A stretch of DNA of 64,000 nt, from NCBI GenBank assembly GCA_048013815.1, contig CM106585.1, positions 18,414,001 through 18,478,000 of the forward strand, written 5' to 3'. The stretch is from Setoptus koraiensis (taxonomy: Eukaryota > Animalia > Arthropoda). Shown piece after piece: positions 9,805-20,673 of this stretch. The notes beneath the pieces are model-generated. The model was given only the letters and a program-made list of their open reading frames with translations, searched no databases and was not told the origin of the DNA. The stretch's first letter is position 1, and each line of letters opens with the position of its first letter. A program made the position numbers and the translations under genes.

Positions 9805-11706
9805 TCATTGATTGATGTCGCGCCCGGCGCCCGGTCGCCTGGCGCTCACGTAAGACTCGACCAGCCACAGGGCTGCTCCGACGAGGCACATAATGGCCAT
9901 GCCCAGCATCAGGTAGTCGTAGCTGCCCAGGTAGTCGCGACAGTACCCAACGACGGACGGTCGGAACGACATGAGCAACCCGTCTATGCACGACGCTATT
10001 CCGTAGCCCAGCGTGACGTGCTGTTCGCCCAAATAATCGACAAGCAACCCGTTAATTAGTATGTACAGAAACGAGTTTAGGGCGGCCACTGACACCGTTA
10101 TGAAGGCCATCATAACGTAAGAGGCCCCAATGACGGTCACCGCAATCAGCAGCGCGCCCAAACTGATCAGCGATGCCACAACGGCCGTCTTAATAGTCAC
10201 AAATTTCATGTCCACCAACGAGGTCAACATGAGACGGCCCACTATTTCGCCCCCTGACCAGTATTGCAGCAACGATTGGGCCTCGTCTTTGGCGAGGCCC
10301 CTATCGACGGCGTAATCGACCACCACCAGACAGAATATGCTGAACACCCAAAAGAATATCAGCTCGTTGTACCAGATGAGATGGAAGACGGGATTGCGCA
10401 CAACGTCCAGTATCATGGCCGGCCTGAAGGTGTCCTCGAGGCTGGCGCGCTCGTCGCTGTTCGCGTTGTCTTGCTCGCTGACGGCTATTGTGGTGCTGCT
10501 GGCCGACTCAACAATGTTGCCCGCCAACTTGACTTGCTGATCTTGATCGCTTGTTGTCATATTAACCACGCTGGCGGGCTCGCCCGACGGATAGTTGATC
10601 GCGTTCTTAATTACGCAACTGGGGCAACTCTTGCTTTGCGCGAGGCCCGGCCTCGTCTGGGGCCCCGCGCCGTCATTAGCCAGCTCGATGGCCACGCTGT
10701 AGCTGTTGTCGTTGTTTTGCGTTTGTTTGTTGCCGTTGTTGTTGTCGTTGTTGTTATTTTGCGTTTGTTTGTTGTTGTTTTGCGTTTGTTTGTTGCTGTT
10801 CAGCGCGTCGTCGTTTGTTTGCAGCGGCAGCTTCGAGTTGGCGCTGTCGCAGCTCTGGCGCGTCCGCTGGTTGCGTCGCATCGACTGCGTTTGGCCTCGC
10901 AGGCTCGACTGAAACTTGAACGCTCGCGACGATATCCTCATTATCTGGTTCCTCTTCAGCTGATCGTCTTGCTGCTGCTTGAAGGCGGCGTCGTTGTCGT
11001 CGCGCGGCGGCTTCGGTCGCACATTGGGCCTCAACAGGGGCACCATTGTCAAATTGATGCAACACACCAGCCCAATGGCGGCATACGCCAGCCTGTAGTG
11101 ATAATATTCCAGTATGTATTTGACTAGCGGCGTTAGAGCGAACACGGCCACTGTGCTGCCCGTCAGGGCCAAACCTAGCGCCGTCGTTCTATAGGCAACA
11201 AAATAACTGTTGATAATCTCCATCAGAGGCATTAGTATGAAGCCATAGCCGAGCCCCTGAACGAAGCCCAACAATAAAATGTCCATGGCAAGACTGTCAC
11301 TGTAATAAGTGAGCCCGTTGCCAACAATTAAGAATACGCTGCCCACAAACAGGCTCTGTCGACTGGAGAAATAATACACTATCATGGATACGAGGGGCCC
11401 AATACAATTCTCTGTGGTGAATATTGTCGCAACTGGCCATGAGGCCTCTTCGCGCGTATACACGCCATCTTTCACTATTTTGGCAAATATCAAACCAAAC
11501 GTCCTGTAGGTGCCCAATGTGACGGCCATAATCATAAACAGTGCAAACAGCACCACCCAAGCGTATCGTTTATCCACATTGTTGGACCATTTCTTTAATT
11601 TTCGCTCGTATTCTATCTCTTTCTCAATTCGCGATATCACCGACATTGGCGAGCGCGCTTTAGCCTCCACCGTGGGGCACTTGTTCTTGGTGCCCAGCCA
11701 GCCCAT
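9805..11706 (-). CDS. Intronless MFS transporter, SLC16/monocarboxylate transporter (MCT) family, 633 aa
   Basis: ATG at 11706 opens an uninterrupted 633-aa ORF with 6+6 hydrophobic segments around a long hydrophilic loop. MCT-like motifs: VDKRYAWVVLFA (PDGGWGW position), GLGYGF...INSYFVAYRTTALGLALTGS, TM8 GEIVGRL, and DYLGSYD. AATAAA-type signals lie on the minus strand near 9713-9746. Confidence 0.9.
   Translation of the reverse strand: MGWLGTKNKCPTVEAKARSPMSVISRIEKEIEYERKLKKWSNNVDKRYAWVVLFALFMIMAVTLGTYRTFGLIFAKIVKDGVYTREEASWPVATIFTTENCIGPLVSMIVYYFSSRQSLFVGSVFLIVGNGLTYYSDSLAMDILLLGFVQGLGYGFILMPLMEIINSYFVAYRTTALGLALTGSTVAVFALTPLVKYILEYYHYRLAYAAIGLVCCINLTMVPLLRPNVRPKPPRDDNDAAFKQQQDDQLKRNQIMRISSRAFKFQSSLRGQTQSMRRNQRTRQSCDSANSKLPLQTNDDALNSNKQTQNNNKQTQNNNNDNNNGNKQTQNNDNSYSVAIELANDGAGPQTRPGLAQSKSCPSCVIKNAINYPSGEPASVVNMTTSDQDQQVKLAGNIVESASSTTIAVSEQDNANSDERASLEDTFRPAMILDVVRNPVFHLIWYNELIFFWVFSIFCLVVVDYAVDRGLAKDEAQSLLQYWSGGEIVGRLMLTSLVDMKFVTIKTAVVASLISLGALLIAVTVIGASYVMMAFITVSVAALNSFLYILINGLLVDYLGEQHVTLGYGIASCIDGLLMSFRPSVVGYCRDYLGSYDYLMLGMAIMCLVGAALWLVESYVSARRPGAGRDINQ
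10705..10800. repeat. Coding GTT/CAA-rich repeat in the MCT central loop (NNNKQTQ x3)
   Basis: ttgttgttttgcgtttgtttg recurs three times and translates as KQTQNNN repeats. Confidence 0.9.
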
Positions 11707-14700
11707 GGCCGCTGCTGTGTGCGACTACGTGTATATTTTATACGTACGTTTATATATTTATCTGTCACTATATTTATACTCTGACTATTATATTGTAAGA
11801 GGAAGCCAGCACCGGAAACTGGCCGCTGTGCCGACGAGAGTTGTGCTTGATTCGTTTAGCTTGTGTCTGTTGAGATATCAAGTCAATTAGCAGTGTCTGC
11901 TGGTTTGTCGGTTTCGAGCGCGTCTTGGCGAGTCAATTGGCGCCAATTCGCCGATCACTCAATTAGAGCGTGCGCTGGTGATTCGCTTGCGGATTCAAAT
12001 CAAATATCGAATGTCGTCAAATATCGTCAATATTAAATTGGTGACAATCGATTGAGGCGCACTTATGATTGGTGTCAATTGGAGTGACAGTAATGGAGTG
12101 ATGCTGATTGGGGCGACGTTGATCAGTTAATCGAGTGAGCCGAACTGCGATCTTGTTTCCCTATTATCCAACAGTGTGACAAGTGTGACGAGTGTGACTA
12201 TGCGCGGCGCGCCGGCGTGATTTATGAATACCAATGAGCGGATATAATGAGCGTCAGTGGCACTGATTCAGTGCATCGCAATTGTCATGAACGTCATGAG
12301 GCGCTGAAAAATTTGTTGTCGCTGGCTTGTCGTCATCGTGTTGTCATTACGTGTTGTTATTACGAACGCTCGTCGTGTTTGTTTTGTTTGTTTGTTGTTG
12401 TTAGTTTTGTTTGTTTGTTGTTGTTAGTTTTGGTTGCGCTGTTGGTTGGTTCGGATTTGCATCACAACAACAACATATTATTATAATTATTGTTGTTGTT
12501 ATTATTTAAGTTCAATTGCACTTTGTCGATCAGTGTCACTGTCACTGTCAATAGTTTGCTATTAAATTTATTACGCAACACTGTTTCGCATTGCACACTT
12601 GTATTAGAGAGTGTCGTCTTCATGAGTGCGCAATGTTGTTGTTGTCGGTCGCTATCAATCGTTGGCTAATTGTTGCTAATTGTTGGTTGCTGCTAGTTGT
12701 TGGTCTGGCGCTCGAATGTGTTTTGTGTTTTATGGCACTCGCTATTGTTGCAACTGTCGCTTTAAATCAGAGTTCATATTTTGTTGTCAGGGCCTCTTGC
12801 GTCTGCTGCCGTGAGCCGATATACGCATACGATATACGCAGACAATCTAGAGATTTAAGGGCGCACAGTCTACGGATATACCTGTGCAGTCTACAAATGA
12901 ATGAACACACAGATGTAAGCTGCTGTGCGGATAATTGCGGCAATGCGACAATGGCATAAAATATAATATTGGACTGACACTTGCCAAAACTAATCCACTC
13001 TCCTTTCGCCTGGGCGACACACAGCGAGCGCCTTACAACTTGCAAGTTACTAGTGGCCGCACGCCAGCTATTATTAGATGCCTTCGAATAATGCTCAGAA
13101 GCGACTAGAACAACAGGTAAACAAACAAATGATTCAACAGCGCCAGAGATTAGCTGTAGACTTCCTCAATCAAGGTGACGACTGCCCTGATTAGGGCAGC
13201 CCTGATTAGCGATCGGTGCAATATCCGTGCAATTGATTGCGAGCGATTCACAGGCTCGCACTGCGATCGAGCGTCATTAATTATTAATTATCAGTGTTTA
13301 TCGCTCAGCCATGCCGTGCTCCGCTTATTAGCCCAAAATCCAGCACTGAAACGAGCCAACAATGCGACAAGCCAACAATGCGACAAGCCAAAAATGAAAC
13401 AAGCCGACAAGCCAACTATCCGGCGAGCCAGCGAGCCGAGAGCTAGCCAGCGTTCGAGAGCCAGCAAGGTTGCACAACATAATTATGCGGCCATCACACA
13501 ATTTTTTCGCGCGACACTGCTGGCAGTTTCGCTTCTCATGGGCTACACCTACAACAACGGCTACGGCTAATTTCTGCTGGCGAGGCGCTGCTGGCTAGGC
13601 GCTGATGGCGAGCCGAGCGCAAAACAGGTGAATGGTTATTAACATTTTTCATGGGCAAGGCTGTGTTGTCAGCAGATTGTGGCTGGTTTTTGCGCCCACA
13701 CTGACAACGACCAACCATACGCGACCACCATAGGCTGAAGGCGACACCATTCAGCGGTGACTATTGATCGCGATCGATGATCAATAATTGATCGCAAGTG
13801 TCGCCCGGCTCCGTCAAGGGTGCTCAGCGGCGGCCTCAAATGAATTAATAAACAATACAGCTGCATTGTAGCATTGATTGCAGTCACATATCCAGTCGAC
13901 TGGCCCGTATTGAATCATCGGAGCTGTTGAATCATCGCCGCTTGACAAGCTCAAAAGTGACAACTGACGGAATCGCAAATAAATTATCCGCAGCGGCCGG
14001 GCCGCTGCGGCCCGACGTTCGCAACGCTGGCCATTTTGTGCCGTTGCGAGTCGGTCGGACGCTCGCCACAGCGATGCAGCGCAGTCACTGGTCATTATGA
14101 ATGGATGAATGAGCCCGCCTCGCAGCACCATCCATCTCGCCGGGCTCGCAAGTCTCGCCACTCGGATAATTCTCTGCACTCGGCAGTCGGATAATTCTCT
14201 GCTCGCGCCAGTCGGATAATTTTGTGCGCCGCTGTGGCAAGACTGCTGGCATGACTTTTGTTTGTTTGCTTGGTCGTTAATCGCGGGCGCGCATCACTTT
14301 TGCCCGCCACCGCGGCGCTCATTATGTGTTATCTGCGGGCCGCATCTCGCCGGGCCACTGGCAACCGTGGTGCCGGCACCCGCGATGCCGGCAGCCGTGA
14401 TACGGGCAACCGTGATACGGCGACGGCCAGCTCGCACAAGCCACTGACAATGGTGATGCTCGCATAAGTGTCAGTGACAGCAGACTAAATGTCTAGCCAA
14501 ATGACTCTGCTCGCATTTAAATGGCGCTCGGCCGCGCGCCAGGCTTAAAGTATTTGCGGCAATTTGCTGTTTGCGCGCCAACAGTCGCCCGCCAGTCCGA
14601 CTTATCCGGCATTAGGCAATAGGTGCCAGATAAGACGCCACTCACAACTGTTTGCGCTCGCTGCGTCTCAGCCCGTCGGCGGCTCGTCGCCGGGTCGGGT

Positions 14701-14905
14701 GGCCGTGCTACTTAATTGTGCGATGGCAAGCTTCAGATAATGTGTTGATTGATGCATAAAATTGATTGCCGGCGCGCTTGAATGCGCGCCTTCTCCCGCC
14801 TGAGCCGAGTCCGCAGTGGCGTCGTCGCGCCGCCTCGCCAACTGCACGCCAGCGTGCAGTTGGCGAGTCAACCGGCTGCGGGCAGCCGGTTGACTCGGCA
14901 CCCGC

Positions 14906-14983
14906 GCCCGATTATAATGAGCTGGCCCGACTGCGACGAGCGGCCCGATTGTGATGAGCGGCCCGATTGTGATGAGCGGCCCG
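14906..14983. repeat. 18-bp tandem repeat (gcccgattgtgatgagcg) x~4
   Basis: Read directly from the sequence. Confidence 0.85.
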
Positions 14984-15329
14984 AGCCGGACGCGTTGCTG
15001 GCGGCTTGTCGCCGGGCGAGCCTGAGCGCCTTTGCATGCCGCCGACGGGCCGAGACGCAGCGAGCGCAAACAGTTAGAATGCGGCTCGATCGGGCCGGCA
15101 TCGGCGGCCAGCGGCGGCGCATTGGCGGCCGGTGCCGGGTCGCTGCGGGCCGCCTGGCCGCACGGCGACAAGTGCCCGAGCGTCGCCCGTCGCTCGCTCT
15201 CGACGTGCATCAGCGGGCCGGGCCGGCGTCGGCGAGCCGCCGATGACGCAATGACTGCATGGCATTTAATTACAGACTATCGGCGCGGCCAATCACACGC
15301 ATCAGCGAGCGCATTGTGTCACGAAGCGG

Positions 15330-15332
<3 letters not shown>

Positions 15333-15366
<34 letters not shown>
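15333..15366. repeat. (CT)n microsatellite
   Basis: Read directly from the sequence. Confidence 0.95.
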
Positions 15367-15369
<3 letters not shown>

Positions 15370-18202
15370 CGCGCTGTTGCTCGCAATTGCATGACTGGTA
15401 TGACTGACATATTAGGAGTGGGCATACGAATTTGCATAATATACGCGCATACCAATAAACACACCGTCAGTGGTTGCGTCATAGCTGGTCGGCGCTGCCG
15501 TAATAAGCCACAACAAATCTTGCGGTCACTCTTGTTGCGCAATCGGCTGACAATGTTACATCATCTGACATGATGCGAGTTGGGTGGCGAGCTAGCCGTT
15601 GCCATTGTTGTGACTGGTAGCCGTGATTGGGCGCTGTCATGCGATTTGTGTTTGTCATTGGCGAATCACAAATTGCCATTCGGAAACGACAAACAGCGTC
15701 CAACAGCAACCTGCGTTCATGGCAAACTGCTTCGACGAGCCCGCAGCGCCCGGCCGGCGTCACTGGACCAGACGACCGGCGCTGGTGAACAACGACATGA
15801 ATAATGACCGTGACACGCACTGCTTCATTTGTATTCACACGTTTGCACCCGCCCATTTGCGCAGCTTCCGGTGGCCGCGAATCTGCGCGAATCAGCGCGA
15901 ATCAGTCGCAAAACAGTCGCAAACTGGCCGTGATCGGCGCGGGCCGCGATCGGCTTCGGCGCAAACAAATTAGCGCCCCATCGGTCGCCATCGATCACAA
16001 CTCGCCACCATCGCCAGCCTCTGTCCGCGGCACGGCCGCTCGGATCGCACTTGCGACGCACACGTGAGCGGGGCCCGAGCGGCGAGACGAGCGGTTGGCC
16101 GGCACTGCAAGCTCGGGCAACAAATGAGCGCCGGCCGTCGTTTGTCGGCACAATGGCTCAATGCGATAATTATGATAATTATCTCTGTGTGCGCGGCGCT
16201 CGGCGCCCATTTACTCACGGCCAAGCGCCGCCGTGAGTAAATCTGACAACAGTGAGAGTTAAAAACTGGCCAAAGATTCACCAAATAGACAAATATCAGT
16301 ATGATAAGATGGCCGTTCGCTCACGCCTTTGCCACGCACCATGACAACAGGTTCACCTGGCGGCCGGACACCGGCAACTGCTCACCAACGCTACACCTGC
16401 CGTCGAGCGCTATAAATCATCGTTTTACAATCAATGAATGATTTGCCTGGCGCCAGCGCTAATTAACCGCGCACCCTTTGGCTGGCTCGTGAGTAGTATA
16501 GCGTCGCTGTTGGGCCGAGTTGAGTTGAGCGTGGCTTCAACTGGCTTGCGAGTCGGGCACAGGTAAGTTCGACCAGGTGAGTTCGACCAGGTGAGCTGCA
16601 GTGCCGACAGTTTGCCTGTTTCGTTTTGGCAGCCACTCAACTCGCAAGCGATCACTGTCAGCTGAGCGATTGTGCACGGCACTTTACGCTTTATTTATAT
16701 GTCGTTGCGTCGCCACGTCGCTATATCTGTCGCTGTCATTATTGTCAGTTTGGAGCGGGCACAAATTTTTTTGAAAAACGCCAATATACGTGGGTGCCCC
16801 AACTGTTCGGAGTGAGTTCGGCTGCATCTGCAACAACGTAAATTCAGAATGTGCGCCAATTCTGAGCACATTATTGTGAATTATCCGCACAGAATGTGCG
16901 GCACACCAGTAGAACCGCCAGCGCACCAGCAGTGCAGTTTGTGCCCGAGAGATGTCGCCTGCAGGCCGACGTCTTCAGCAGGCGGCTCACAATTGTCAGA
17001 TTGGTGGGCCCCCCGCTCGCTGCTGTCGCTGCTGATGAGGCCACCATTGGCGGATTGTTGCTGTTATTTGGGGCACGCTCATTTGGACTAAAGTCGGCGT
17101 GCGATCGGCCGTTCAAACGTTTCGGCGAGATTGTAAACTGTAAATTGGCAAACATAAACGGCTTTTAAATGGCTGCCGAATGGCGGGCCAAAGTGCGCGA
17201 ATTGCGGATTGTTTGGTGGCGTCGCGCTGTGTCATCACTCTCATGGGCTCTTATGAGCTCTCATGAGCCCTCATGAGCTTGCCATCATGAGCCCTTATGA
17301 GCTCTCGTGAACTCGCTCACACGAACCGCCGGAGATTGGCCCCTCGAACAACAAACGAACAAAGCGACAGCCGATTGCCAATTAAAAGAAAATCATTGTT
17401 GTTGTTACGGCTGGCACATTCGCGCCAGCGGCAGCCTCAGCTAATTAATCATCGCCCGCTCGCGAGTCGCTAGTCGCTTGTCGCGAATCGTGAATCGCCT
17501 GTCGTCAGTCGTCGTGTGTCGTCGGCCGTCGTGTGTCGTCGTTGCGGCGTCGGCCGTCGTTGTGTCGCGAGCTGCGGCTCGCAAGCGCGGTTTGTGTTGC
17601 GGGGGCGCCTTCGTGTCGCCGAGCCGCGCCGCTGATTAATTGAACGGGCGCCCCGACGAGCACAAGCTGACACACTCGACACACAACAAACGATGGCCAT
17701 TCTCCACTTGCATCCATCTATATGACGGCATGCGCCATCCATGTGGATCTATATCGATGCGGCCCACGCTTGCGTGTGGCCCCTTCACAACAACATCCGA
17801 GCGGCTGCCCGGCGAGGGCCGTGCATGCCGGCGCGTTCGCCGTTCGAACGCTCGGATGTTCGGCGTTCCGAGTCGCACAGTCGAACTGTTCGATTGAATT
17901 CAGCGGCGGTCACTGCGCGGCTCAATTCAGCGCACAGTGCGCTGGTGTGAGCAGAGTGCGGGCCCCCGGCCGGCCCGCTCGAGACCGAGATTGACAGCGA
18001 ACCGCAACCGCGCCCGGCAAACAATGGCCGGCCCGCGGAGGTCGCGCGAGCGGAGCCACAGCAAAAAGTGATTAGTGATTATGGCGACAGCAACGCGCCG
18101 CGAGTCCGCTAATGAGTTTAAGCTGCCGCTGCGCCGGTTGCCCGGTCGCGCCGTCCGCTCGTTCGAGCTGCTTCGGTTGTTGCAGTCGCTTCGGTGGCCG
18201 TC

Positions 18203-18216
18203 GTTGTTGGCGCTGC

Positions 18217-18250
<34 letters not shown>

Positions 18251-18300
18251 GATGTTGTCGTCGTTGTTGTTGTCGCTGTTGTTGTTGTCGGCGCTGCTGT
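18203..18300. repeat. Imperfect (GTT/GCT/GTC)n trinucleotide repeat
   Basis: Read directly. It generates the poly-L, poly-Q and poly-T ORFs in the track. Confidence 0.9.
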
Positions 18301-19608
18301 CGGCGGCGCTGGCAATTAGAGATGGGAGACGGGAGCTTATTCAAATTGTGTGCTGGCCCGTTGAGCACAATTCAACTAACTGTTCGAGTCAGTGCATTAT
18401 CTCGGCCGGCAATAAACATAATAAACATAATGAACAACACACACACACACTAACGCAGTTAGTTAGTAACTGCTGACTAGTCGACACTTCCTGCCCGCCA
18501 GCGCACCCAATTGGAGGCAGCCCGAAACAGTTACGCGCCGAATGTAACTGTTTTCGATTGAGCTCTCTCGGGCCACTCGCTTCTCGCCGCCGAAGTGAGC
18601 CCGTGCGGCCCGTGCAATCCGTGCGGCCGTGCAACCCGTTGGGGCCAGCACGCGTTGTCACTCGCCTAAGTTGGGCGCCACTTCACTTGTGCACTTATCA
18701 CAAGTTCTGTTCCGAATTGTTCTGTTCCAGTTTGTGCGGTTCCGCCGATGGCCAACCTCGGCAAACTCGCGCCAGGCGGCACAATGGACGGCGCGAGTTC
18801 GCTGCCGACTGCTAATGGTGGCTCGCGAACGTTCGCTTCTTTCGCTTGTTCCTCTGCGAATTCGCTGCCAACTGGCTCTGCGTTCCCTGTTCGCAGTTCC
18901 GAGTTTGCAGTTCGCAGCTCGAGCGCCTGCTGGCCGCCAACAGCCACTAACAGCGAGCAAACAATCCAATAATAAGTAACAGTTGCTGACACAAGCGAAA
19001 CAATAAGTTGCGCCCCCCGTTTATGGTGGCCAGTGGACCGCTTTGCGCCCCATCATCAGTTAAATTTGTTTGTGATGTTTGTGCCAGCTCTCGCTCCTTG
19101 TCAGCTGACACAATTGCCAACAACCGACAGCCAACAACCATTGCACTGCTTGTATGTTGTTGCTGTTGTTGTCGTTGCCCAGTGAGCGTGCATGCAAATT
19201 GACGAGGCCGAGGCGCCCCACTTTGCACTGTTTATATACTTTACTTTACACTTTGTAATTTATATACTCGGCACAGTTCGTGCACAGTTTGCACGCTTGC
19301 GCAGCCCGTCCGCACAATTCAATATAGTGGCCCGCTATTAGTGGGCCGCTTTCCATTAGTGGCCCTCCGCTCCATTCAACGGCAATCCTTTCGCTCCGGA
19401 CATAATTGATTCGCGACGGGCCCCACCGTCTGTCGCGCTCCAATCGGCACCGCTCGAAAGCTTCGGCTCGAATGCCCCGTTCGAGGGCATTAGAGCCACT
19501 CGAGAGTCAGCGTCGCTGCAGTGACCGCCAGAGTTGGCGCCCCCTCGTTTGTCAGCCCTCGTTTGTCAGATTTGCCTAATTGTCAGCCCGCGTCGCCCGC
19601 CCACCGCC

Positions 19609-19692
19609 CACTGAACGCCGAACACTGGACACCGAACGCCGAACACCGAACACTGGATACCGAACATCGAACACTGGACATTGGACATCGGT
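19609..19692. repeat. Degenerate 7-bp tandem repeat (ccgaaca/ctggaca)
   Basis: Read directly from the sequence. Confidence 0.8.
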
Positions 19693-20587
19693 CACTAAAC
19701 ACGCAGCATTGAACACTGAGGCTATTCGACCGAGCGTCCAGTTTTTTTCCTTTGCCTGAATGCTGCGCCCCAGCTCGGGCCTAGTATTCGATTGGGCCCA
19801 ATTTGGCCAATTGGGGCCACCAATCAAGTCTCGTGCTAATCAAGTCTTGTGCTAATCAAGTTTAGCGCCAATCAAGTTTTGCGACAAATGTCCAACTTGA
19901 TGACCAGTCACCAGCCACCAGAGGTCAGTAGAGTGCCGGTTGGTGGCAGTGTTTGCCATGCATCATTCATATTTCGTCGCGAGTTACGCGATTTCATCGC
20001 CAGTTACGTGATTTCATCGCGAGTTATGTGACAAGTTTATCTCAACTTGTCACATGGCTCGTTATGACGGCCTCACAATCGCGTAATGGTCACTCCGAGC
20101 AACTCACTCAGACGGAGTCGGGCCACTTGTTGCCCCACATCCGCCCACTACCACACAACTCAATCTCGCCTGCTTGCACATCTACCCGGCCGAGTCACTC
20201 AGACAGCATATTGCCGGACGGGACCCGCGCGGTGCTCTGCAAGAGGCTCGGTGTACGAGCAACGCCGGCGCAGCGACAATTCCGATCAATTCCGATGTCG
20301 CTCGTGGACAGTGCCCAGAATTATCGGACCGCTAGTCGAGCAAGTGCCAACACCGATGTCAAGTGCTCATTTGACGCTTGTCAGCTGGTCAGTGACAGCC
20401 AGTGCTTGCGACCACACCGCGCCACGAGATGAGAGACTCTCGTCGTGCGAGAGACGACAATTTTTCCACAATTTGTCCGGTTCTCACCGGACCACCCGAC
20501 CATACGATCACCTGATCACCTGAGCAAATGTGAGCCATGCAACTGCCCACGGACCGCTCACATTCGCTGAGGACTGGCCACTTGACA

Positions 20588-20673
20588 ATTCACGAAATTC
20601 ACGAGATTCACGAGATTCACGAGATTCACGAGATTCACGAGATTCACGAGATTCGCGAGGTTCGCGAGATTCG
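20588..20673. repeat. 9-bp tandem repeat (attcacgag) x~9.5
   Basis: Read directly from the sequence. Confidence 0.95.

Noticed and set aside
10264-11127. 287-aa plus-strand ORF (also 6046-6582 and others overlapping sno or MCT)
   Set aside because: These are antisense shadows of real coding sequence with no independent motifs.
18072-18476. Poly-Q, poly-L and poly-T ORFs
   Set aside because: They arise from a (GTT/CAA)n repeat that is open in several frames on both strands.
18666-18992. Secreted-looking ORF (ATVTYYWIVCSLLVAVGG...) with an upstream acceptor
   Set aside because: It starts at GTG with no linked Met exon and no strong in-frame donor, part of it is a 7-bp repeat, and an overlapping frame looks equally signal-like.
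19464-19496. 12-bp stem hairpin GGCTC-G-AATGCCC/GGGCATT-A-GAGCC
   Set aside because: It is short and expected in palindrome-rich DNA; there is no RNA-gene context.
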